DNA of 32,000 nucleotides from Mycobacterium terramassiliense (GTDB lineage Bacteria; Actinomycetota; Actinomycetes; Mycobacteriales; Mycobacteriaceae): NCBI RefSeq assembly GCF_900157385.1, contig NZ_LT717700.1, positions 673,818 to 705,817 of the forward strand, read 5' to 3'. Shown piece by piece: positions 25,833 to 32,000 of this stretch (position 1 is its first letter; each line of letters starts with the position of its first letter). The notes under the pieces were generated by a model. It saw only the letters and a program-made list of their open reading frames with translations, ran no database searches and was not told where the DNA came from. The position numbers and the translations under genes were made by a program.

Positions 25833-26576
25833 TCACAGCGACCGCTCCAAAAGGACCTCGCCGTCATCGACGGAAATCACTTGGACAGAAGCGATTTGAT
25901 CTACACGTGTTGAAGTACTGCCGGCGGGCACCGCGGTGCGGCCCGGGTTCGCCACCCAGGTTGCCAACCGGGTGCGGCTGCCGTCGCGACCGACCACCAC
26001 CATCGCCAGCGTGTCGTGATGGGCGTTCAGCGGGGCCAGGCAAACGCAGTTCATCGAGATGGACGTTCCCCACCGCTGGCCGCTCAGGGATACCGTCGAG
26101 GCCAGCTTGTCCGTTCCGACCTGGGCCATCGGCTGAACCGACTCGTTCGCCCGCGGCGCCGGTCCGGTGGTCGAGGATTGGCCGGCAAGGCCGAGGAACA
26201 CGCCGATCGCCAGGACCGCGGCTGCGGCGGTCCCGGCCGCCCACGTCGCGATGCGCGACCGCCGCCGCCGCCATGCGACCTTGGCCAGCAACGACGCCAA
26301 CAACTCAGCGGTCGGCAGCGATGCCGCGTCGCCGCCGTCGTCCTCGTCGATCGCGGTCAACTCGCCGCGACGCAGCTGCGACAGGAGCGCCGGAATGCCG
26401 TTGAGCTCGCCAACGCCGCCGCGGCACAACGGGCAGTAGCCCAGGTGCGCTTCGAACTCGCGCCGTTCGGCCGACGACAGCGATCCCAGCACGTATGCGG
26501 CATCCCACATCGCGTATTCGTCATGCCCGGGCAGGTGACCGACTGGCGGCGCCCCGGGCCGCCAAAGCGGCATCAT
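25833..26576 (-). CDS. rslA: RslA-like zinc-binding (HxxxCxxC) anti-sigma factor
   Basis: YAMWDAAYVLGSLSSAERREFEAHLGYCPLCRGGVGELNGIPALLSQL, a single TM helix (IATWAAGTAAAAVLAIGVFLGL), and the C-terminal ...PMAQVGTDKLASTVSLSGQRWGTSISMNCVCLAPLNAHHDTLAMVVVGRDGSRTRLATWVANPG... closely resemble my recollection of M. tuberculosis RslA (Rv0736). The start is uncertain: ATG 26576 (GGGGAG SD 7 nt upstream) is preferred over 26591 and 26615. Confidence 0.8.
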   Translation of the reverse strand: MMPLWRPGAPPVGHLPGHDEYAMWDAAYVLGSLSSAERREFEAHLGYCPLCRGGVGELNGIPALLSQLRRGELTAIDEDDGGDAASLPTAELLASLLAKVAWRRRRSRIATWAAGTAAAAVLAIGVFLGLAGQSSTTGPAPRANESVQPMAQVGTDKLASTVSLSGQRWGTSISMNCVCLAPLNAHHDTLAMVVVGRDGSRTRLATWVANPGRTAVPAGSTSTRVDQIASVQVISVDDGEVLLERSL

Positions 26577-26695
26577 CCTATTACTCCCCATTTCCTGGGA
26601 TATCGTGGTATTCAAGCTATTTCAGGGATTTCAGATATTGGTCGGCCGCCGATAGGGGGCTCTGACCCTCTTTGCGGCCCTTAGCGCGCGTCCAT

Positions 26696-26734
26696 GCTGA
26701 TGAAACGAGCTAAGCGCCCGCAAGGTTCATCAGC
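26696..26734 (-). terminator. weak inverted repeat 3' of the FAD-oxidase gene
   Basis: gctgatgaa (26696-26704) and ttcatcagc (26726-26734) form a 9-bp perfect stem with a 21-nt loop. The structure lies 10 nt downstream of the stop at 26744 and has no U-tract. Confidence 0.3.
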
Positions 26735-26743
26735 GGGTCGTCG

Positions 26744-28084
26744 TCAGACGCCGCCCAGCCAGCTGTGGAATCGATTCTCCGGGTCGTAGGCCGAGCGCAC
26801 CCGGTCGAGCCGCGCCATGTTCGACTCGGCGATGAATCGCGACGGACGCCGGCACAGGTTTTCGTCGGCGAGCGAGCTGCCGGTCGCCAGGTGCGACATC
26901 GCCGCCATGTTGGACGCGGCCCAGTCGCGGTACCGGTCGTCGTCGGCCGGATCCTGCCAGATGGTGTAAAGCGCCATGTAGACCTCGTCTTCGACGCCGT
27001 ACACCATGTCCGCGCGCGCCGGGTCGGTCCTCCAGCCGGTGAAGATGAAGTGCGAGGGGTGCGGCGGCATGGTCTCGATGATCTTGCGGATGCCCGGCAG
27101 GAGCGCCTCGGCGGAGGCCGACGTGAACATGTTGTCGGCGATGTACCGGTGCCCCCTCGGGTAGCTGGTCATCACGGCGGTGTACCAATTGGCCAGCGTC
27201 GCCGGCGCATACGGGAGGCTGACGATCGCCTTATCGATGACCGGGCAAGTCCCGAGCGGGGCAAGGGCTTTGGCCGCCTCCTCCTCCGAGTCGGCGAACA
27301 CCGGCGAGGCGATCGTGATGCCGGGCTGGTCCAGCCCGGCCCCCGGAAAGCTGCGCCCGGTGTGGATCTGCAGTTCGACGCGGTCGTCGATCTCGGGAAT
27401 GAGGGAGCGTCCCCAGGCGAACACCTCGTCGGCGACCTCGATCGGATACATGTACAGGCAGGTGCCCCAGACCGCGGGACGTGGGTGAACCCGCAGTTTG
27501 AACGAGGTGACCACGCCGAAGAAGCCCGGTCCGGACCCGCGCGCCGCCCAGTACAGGTCCGGATGGTTTTCGGGGTCGCAGTGGATCAGTTCGCCGTCGG
27601 CGGTGACGACCTCCAGCCCGAGCACGCTCTCGCAGGCCGGCCCGAGCACCGGGCTGTTCCAGCCGTATCCGCCCTGCAGCAGATAGCCACCGAGGCAGAT
27701 GCCCTCGCAGTGGCCGGCGGGAAAGAACAGCCCTTGCGCGTCGAGTTCGGTCGCAAACTCGCTGGCGACCTTGCCCGGGCCGACGTCAGCGGTCATCCGG
27801 TCCGGTTCGACGGCGCACTGATCGAGGCGGCTGACGTCGAGCAGCAGGCCGCCGTCGCGCAGGTGGCTGGCCGTCCAGCTGTGACCGCCCGAACGTATGC
27901 CGACCTGATATCCGTAGGCCCGCGCATAACGGATCGCCGCGACCACGTCGTCGGTCTCGTGCGCCTGCACGATGATGTCGGGAAAGCGTTCCGGCACAAG
28001 CCCGTTCCACACCGTGGCCCGACGTGCGCTTTCGTAACCGTCCGCGCCACGGGGGAAGGCCTTTGCGGTGGGAAGTGAAATCAT
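26744..28084 (-). CDS. FAD-linked oxidase (PCMH-type FAD-binding domain, VAO/BBE-like)
   Basis: The 446-aa protein contains PDIIVQAHETDDVVAAIRYARAYGYQVGIRSGGHSW (FAD_binding_4-like, with the His of the SGGH motif often used for covalent flavinylation), then GHCEGICLGGYLLQGGYGW and DLYWAARGSGPGFFGVVTSF. The ATG overlaps the upstream stop (ATGA at 28081-28084). Confidence 0.8.
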   Translation of the reverse strand: MISLPTAKAFPRGADGYESARRATVWNGLVPERFPDIIVQAHETDDVVAAIRYARAYGYQVGIRSGGHSWTASHLRDGGLLLDVSRLDQCAVEPDRMTADVGPGKVASEFATELDAQGLFFPAGHCEGICLGGYLLQGGYGWNSPVLGPACESVLGLEVVTADGELIHCDPENHPDLYWAARGSGPGFFGVVTSFKLRVHPRPAVWGTCLYMYPIEVADEVFAWGRSLIPEIDDRVELQIHTGRSFPGAGLDQPGITIASPVFADSEEEAAKALAPLGTCPVIDKAIVSLPYAPATLANWYTAVMTSYPRGHRYIADNMFTSASAEALLPGIRKIIETMPPHPSHFIFTGWRTDPARADMVYGVEDEVYMALYTIWQDPADDDRYRDWAASNMAAMSHLATGSSLADENLCRRPSRFIAESNMARLDRVRSAYDPENRFHSWLGGV

Positions 28085-29307
28085 CGTGTCCCTCTGGTTT
28101 TCTGGCCCGATGCCGCGAGATCCACCGGCACATCGGCACGCGGCTCGCGGGTGGATGAAGCGATTCGCTTCAGGTAGGCCGCGACTTCGGCGGCCAGTGG
28201 CGTCGAGTTCATGCGGATCGCCCGCAGCGGACCGTTGGGCGGAATGCCGTACCCGATCGCGAACATCCCGTCGCCGACGTGTGAGGCGAAGCCGCCGACG
28301 GGGTGACCGTGCCCGTCGAGGACGCCGAGATGCCCGACCAAGCCCTCGAGATCCGTGCCGAACCCGGTGGCGGCGATGATCACCTGCGGAGCCACGGACG
28401 TGCCGTCGGCGAGGACCACGCCGTCGGCCGAGAGCGCCGCGACGGCGCCGACGACCTCGATGCGCCCGATCCGCACCTGGCCGACCAGCTCGTCGGCCAG
28501 CGTAGGGATGCGGCCCCGCATCTGGACCGTCGCCTTCAGGCCGAGCGTCGGCCGGTCGAAGCCGTAGGCCGACAGGTCGCCGAACATCAGCCGGTTCATC
28601 CGCGCGATCACCGGATCGACCACGCGCGCGGGAACCCTCGAGAACAGCTCGAGGAAGATATCCGAGGGAAACGGCCCGATGGCCCGGCGCACCAGGTGCG
28701 GCGGCGTGCGCACCGCGAGCCAGATCCGTCGCGCACCGTCGCTGGCGAGCTGAACGGCGATGTCGGCGGCCGAATTGCCCGCGCCGACGACCAGCACGTC
28801 ACGGCCGCGGTAGGGCCAGGCGTTGGTGAAGTCCCCGGAATGCACGATCTCGCCGTTGAAGCGGCCGAACCCGGGCCAGGCGGGGAGGGCGGGCGCGCCG
28901 TAGTTGCCCGTCGCGAGGACGATTGCCGCGGTTCGGATCTCACCGGACGAGGTGTCGAGTCGCCAGGCGTTCCCGACCCGGTCGACGCGGTGGACCTCGC
29001 ATCCGAGCCTGACCGCGATGTTTTGCCGTTCGACGTAGCGGTCGAAATAGCGGACCATGTCCTCCTTGGTCGGCCAGCGGCCGGCGTTCAAGGGGATGCG
29101 TTGCCCGGGCAAATGCGACAGGAAGCCGGTGGTGTTGAGCCGGAAGTTGTCGTAGCGCGTGCGCCACGACATCGCCGGAGCCGCGGCGCGGTCGACGACG
29201 AGCGCTTTGATGCCGTGCTGATGGTCCAGCTGGCGCGCGACGGCCAGGCCGGCGGGCCCCGCGCCGATGACAACGGTGTCCGGGCGCTGCCGGGTCTCTG
29301 TCGTCAT
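28081..29307 (-). CDS. flavin-containing monooxygenase-like NAD(P)/FAD-dependent oxidoreductase
   Basis: The 408-aa protein has DTVVIGAGPAGLAVA (FAD GxGxxG), DVLVVGAGNSAADIAVQL (NADPH GxGxxA) and IAATGF near the C-terminus, an FMO / class B-like layout. Confidence 0.75.
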   Translation of the reverse strand: MTTETRQRPDTVVIGAGPAGLAVARQLDHQHGIKALVVDRAAAPAMSWRTRYDNFRLNTTGFLSHLPGQRIPLNAGRWPTKEDMVRYFDRYVERQNIAVRLGCEVHRVDRVGNAWRLDTSSGEIRTAAIVLATGNYGAPALPAWPGFGRFNGEIVHSGDFTNAWPYRGRDVLVVGAGNSAADIAVQLASDGARRIWLAVRTPPHLVRRAIGPFPSDIFLELFSRVPARVVDPVIARMNRLMFGDLSAYGFDRPTLGLKATVQMRGRIPTLADELVGQVRIGRIEVVGAVAALSADGVVLADGTSVAPQVIIAATGFGTDLEGLVGHLGVLDGHGHPVGGFASHVGDGMFAIGYGIPPNGPLRAIRMNSTPLAAEVAAYLKRIASSTREPRADVPVDLAASGQKTRGTR

Positions 29308-29516
29308 CCGCGATCTCCCGTCGTGCGTTTTTTGGGTGCCGGGGACCTCGGGCCCCCAGAACTAACACGTTCCGGAACCGCCGGAAGTTCAGGTGGGGGG
29401 ATCGGGACGGCCGCCGCGCGGCAAGGTGGGCGGTCCGTCACCTTGCGGACGGCGGGCCACACTTACTAGGATATGCAAGTATCCGCTCAGGCGCGTCAAC
29501 GACACTCGAGGGCCCC

Positions 29517-31037
29517 ATGACCACACAGATTCCGCACTACATCGACGGGAAGCGCACCCCCGGTGAGTCCACCCGCACCGCCGATGTCTTCAACCCCAGC
29601 ACCGGCGAGGTGCAGGCGAAGGTGCCGATGGCCGGCAAGGCCGACGTGGATGCGGCGGTGGCCTCGGCCGTCGAGGCCCAAAAGGATTGGGCCGCATGGA
29701 ATCCGCAGCGCCGCGCGCGGGTGATGATGCGCTTCATCGAGTTGGTCAACAAGAACACCGACGAGCTGGCCGAGCTGTTGTCCCTCGAGCACGGTAAGAC
29801 GGTGGCCGACTCGCGCGGCGACATCCAGCGCGGTATCGAGGTCATCGAGTTCGCCATCGGGATCCCGCACCTGCTCAAGGGCGAATACAGCGAGGGCGCC
29901 GGCCCCGGCATCGACGTCTACTCGCTGCGCCAGCCGCTGGGCGTGGTCGCCGGCATCACGCCGTTCAACTTCCCGGCGATGATCCCGCTGTGGAAGGCCG
30001 GGCCGGCGCTGGCGTGCGGAAATGCCTTCGTGCTCAAGCCCAGCGAGCGCGACCCCTCGGTCCCGGTGCGGCTGGCCGAGCTGTTCGTCGAGGCGGGCCT
30101 GCCGCCGGGGGTCTTCCAGGTGGTGCACGGCGACAAGGAGGCCGTCGACGCCATCCTGCACCACCCCGACATCAAGGCCGTGGGTTTCGTCGGCAGCGCC
30201 GACATCGCGCACTACATCTACTCCACGGCCGCGGCCACCGACAAGCGGTCACAGTGCTTCGGCGGCGCCAAGAACCACATGATCGTGATGCCCGACGCCG
30301 ACCTCGACCAGGCCGTCGACGCGCTGATCGGCGCCGGGTACGGCAGCGCCGGCGAGCGCTGCATGGCGATCAGCGTCGCGGTGCCCGTCGGCGAGCAGAC
30401 CGCCGACCGGTTGCGCGCCAGGCTGATCGAGCGGATCAACAACCTGCGCGTCGGCCACAGCCTCGACCCCAAGGCCGACTACGGTCCGCTGGTCACCGAG
30501 GCCGCGCTGGCGCGGGTGCGCGACTACATCGGCCAGGGCGTCGAGGCGGGCGCCGAATTGGTCATCGACGGGCGCGAGCGCACCAGCGACGACCTGACCT
30601 TCGGTGACGCCAACCTGCAGGGCGGCTTCTTCATCGGCCCCACCCTGTTCGACCACGTCACCCCCGAGATGTCGATCTACACCGACGAGATCTTCGGGCC
30701 GGTGCTGTGCATCGTGCGCGCCCACGACTACGAACAGGCCCTGCGGCTGCCCTCGGAGCACGAGTACGGCAACGGCGTGGCGGTCTTCACCCGCGACGGC
30801 GACACCGCCCGCGACTTCGTGTCCCGGGTGCAGGTGGGCATGGTGGGTGTCAACGTGCCGATCCCGGTGCCGGTGGCCTACCACACCTTCGGCGGCTGGA
30901 AGCGCTCCGGCTTCGGCGACCTCAATCAGCACGGCCCGGCGTCGATCCAGTTCTACACCAAGGTCAAGACCGTCACCTCGCGGTGGCCGTCCGGCATCAA
31001 GGACGGCGCCGAATTCGTCATCCCGACAATGAATTAG
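29517..31037 (+). CDS. mmsA: methylmalonate-semialdehyde dehydrogenase (CoA-acylating)
   Basis: The 506-aa aldehyde dehydrogenase contains HYIDGKRT...GITPFNFPAMIPLW...FVLKPSERDP...GERCMAIS (catalytic Cys)...EIFGPVL.... The N-terminus and motifs are typical of MmsA, and the gene is followed by fadE9 as in the mycobacterial mmsA-fadE9-mmsB operon. Confidence 0.9.
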   Translation: MTTQIPHYIDGKRTPGESTRTADVFNPSTGEVQAKVPMAGKADVDAAVASAVEAQKDWAAWNPQRRARVMMRFIELVNKNTDELAELLSLEHGKTVADSRGDIQRGIEVIEFAIGIPHLLKGEYSEGAGPGIDVYSLRQPLGVVAGITPFNFPAMIPLWKAGPALACGNAFVLKPSERDPSVPVRLAELFVEAGLPPGVFQVVHGDKEAVDAILHHPDIKAVGFVGSADIAHYIYSTAAATDKRSQCFGGAKNHMIVMPDADLDQAVDALIGAGYGSAGERCMAISVAVPVGEQTADRLRARLIERINNLRVGHSLDPKADYGPLVTEAALARVRDYIGQGVEAGAELVIDGRERTSDDLTFGDANLQGGFFIGPTLFDHVTPEMSIYTDEIFGPVLCIVRAHDYEQALRLPSEHEYGNGVAVFTRDGDTARDFVSRVQVGMVGVNVPIPVPVAYHTFGGWKRSGFGDLNQHGPASIQFYTKVKTVTSRWPSGIKDGAEFVIPTMN

Positions 31038-31041
31038 GGCC

Positions 31042-32000
31042 ATGTTCACCCTGAACGACGACGAGCGGGTCATCACCGAGACGGCGGCCGCGTTCGCCGC
31101 CAAGCGAATCGCCCCGCACGCGCTGGATTGGGATGCCGCCAAGCACTTCCCGACCGACGTGCTGCGCGAGTCCGCCGAGCTCGGCATGGCGGCGATCTAC
31201 TGCCGCGAGGACGTCGGCGGCAGCGGGCTGCGCCGGCTCGACGGCGTCCGCATCTTCGAGCAGCTGGCCATCGCCGACCCGGTCACCGCCGCGTTCCTGT
31301 CCATCCACAACATGTGCGCGTGGATGATCGACAGCTTCGGCACCGACGAGCAACGCAAGTTCTGGGTTCCGCGGCTGGCCTCGATGGACGTCATCGCCAG
31401 CTACTGCCTCACCGAGCCGGGCGCCGGGTCGGACGCCGGCGCGTTGAGCACCCGCGCCGTCAAGCAGGGTGGCGACTACGTGCTCGACGGCGTCAAGCAG
31501 TTCATCTCCGGCGCCGGTGCCTCCGACGTCTACGTGGTGATGGCCAGGACCGGCGGGGAGGGGCCGCGCGGCATCTCCGCGTTCGTCGTCGAAAAGGGCA
31601 CGGACGGACTGAGTTTCGGGGCGCTCGAGGAGAAGATGGGCTGGCACGCCCAGCCCACCGCGCAGGTCATCCTGGAGGGCGTGCGGGTGCCCGCCGACGC
31701 CATGCTGGGCGGCGCGGACGGCGAGGGCGCCGGCTTCGGCATCGCGATGAACGGCCTCAACGGCGGTCGGCTCAACATCGCGGCGTGCTCGCTCGGCGGC
31801 GCGCAGTCCGCGTTCGACAAGGCGGGCGCCTACGTGCGCGAGCGGCAGGCCTTCGGCTCCCCCCTGCTCGACGAGCCGACCATCCGGTTCGCCCTGGCCG
31901 ACATGGCCACCGGGCTCGAGACATCGCGGATGATGTTGTGGCGCGCCGCGAATGCGCTGGACGACGACGACCCCGACAAGGTCGAGCTGTGCGCGATGGC
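31042..32000 (+). CDS. fadE9: acyl-CoA dehydrogenase (isobutyryl-CoA dehydrogenase-like), 5' part; continues beyond the window
   Basis: ATG 31042 opens MFTLNDDERVITETAAAFAAKRIAPHALDWDAAKHFPTDVLRESAELGMAAIYCREDVGGSGL...ASYCLTEPGAGSDAGAL...GISAFVVEKGTDGLSFGALEEKMGWHAQPTAQVILEGVRVP..., with ACAD N-terminal and middle-domain motifs. The frame is open to position 32000. It is absent from the ORF track because it is unterminated. Confidence 0.88.
   Translation, partial: MFTLNDDERVITETAAAFAAKRIAPHALDWDAAKHFPTDVLRESAELGMAAIYCREDVGGSGLRRLDGVRIFEQLAIADPVTAAFLSIHNMCAWMIDSFGTDEQRKFWVPRLASMDVIASYCLTEPGAGSDAGALSTRAVKQGGDYVLDGVKQFISGAGASDVYVVMARTGGEGPRGISAFVVEKGTDGLSFGALEEKMGWHAQPTAQVILEGVRVPADAMLGGADGEGAGFGIAMNGLNGGRLNIAACSLGGAQSAFDKAGAYVRERQAFGSPLLDEPTIRFALADMATGLETSRMMLWRAANALDDDDPDKVELCAM

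Noticed and set aside
26577-26743. A search for a sigL-like sigma gene, or remnant of one, upstream of the rslA-like gene.
   Set aside because: Only about 130-170 nt of non-coding sequence is present before the FAD-oxidase gene. No sigma region-2 or region-4 motifs appear in any frame, so sigL is absent from this locus.
29496-31647. Minus-strand ORFs antisense to mmsA/fadE9 (29496..30212, 30249..31187, 31018..31647).
   Set aside because: These are antisense artefacts of GC-rich coding DNA. The plus-strand genes are clear MmsA and acyl-CoA dehydrogenase homologs.

Overview
This window is very GC-rich actinobacterial DNA, and gene content and protein sequences point to a Mycobacterium, most likely a non-tuberculous species. 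Positions 1-2950 (minus strand) carry the conserved ribosomal alpha-operon segment rpoA-rpsD-rpsK-rpsM-rpmJ-infA. It is followed on the plus strand by an atypical two-component pair: a receiver domain fused to a thioredoxin-reductase-like flavoprotein, translationally coupled to a histidine kinase with a cyclic-nucleotide-binding-like domain. Next come two tandem LLM/F420-type oxidoreductase paralogs (the second has an in-frame TGA), rmlB-rmlC, an LpqH-like lipoprotein and an SDR. After these sit two tandem PE-PGRS proteins with PecA-type aspartic-protease C-termini; the first appears frameshifted. Positions 14400-29307 form an uninterrupted 15-gene minus-strand array with many ATGA start/stop overlaps. 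It contains (i) two flavoenzymes and an RslA-like anti-sigma factor with no adjacent sigma gene. It contains (ii) a seven-gene putative small-molecule biosynthetic operon: ThDP enzyme, unknown protein, KAS III-like enzyme, aminotransferase, FAD monooxygenase, O-methyltransferase and a flavoprotein. It contains (iii) a five-gene ECF-sigma operon encoding a membrane-anchored Rieske protein with anti-sigma-like architecture, a Met-rich cupredoxin lipoprotein, a Tat-signal metallophosphoesterase and a small membrane protein. The window ends with mmsA and the 5' part of fadE9. I saw no rRNA, tRNA, CRISPR array, transposase or integrase. The most interesting candidates are the ECF/Rieske/cupredoxin module, the receiver-TrxR/cNMP-kinase pair and the ThDP/KAS III cluster. 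All functional calls come from reading the translations by eye; no searches were run.
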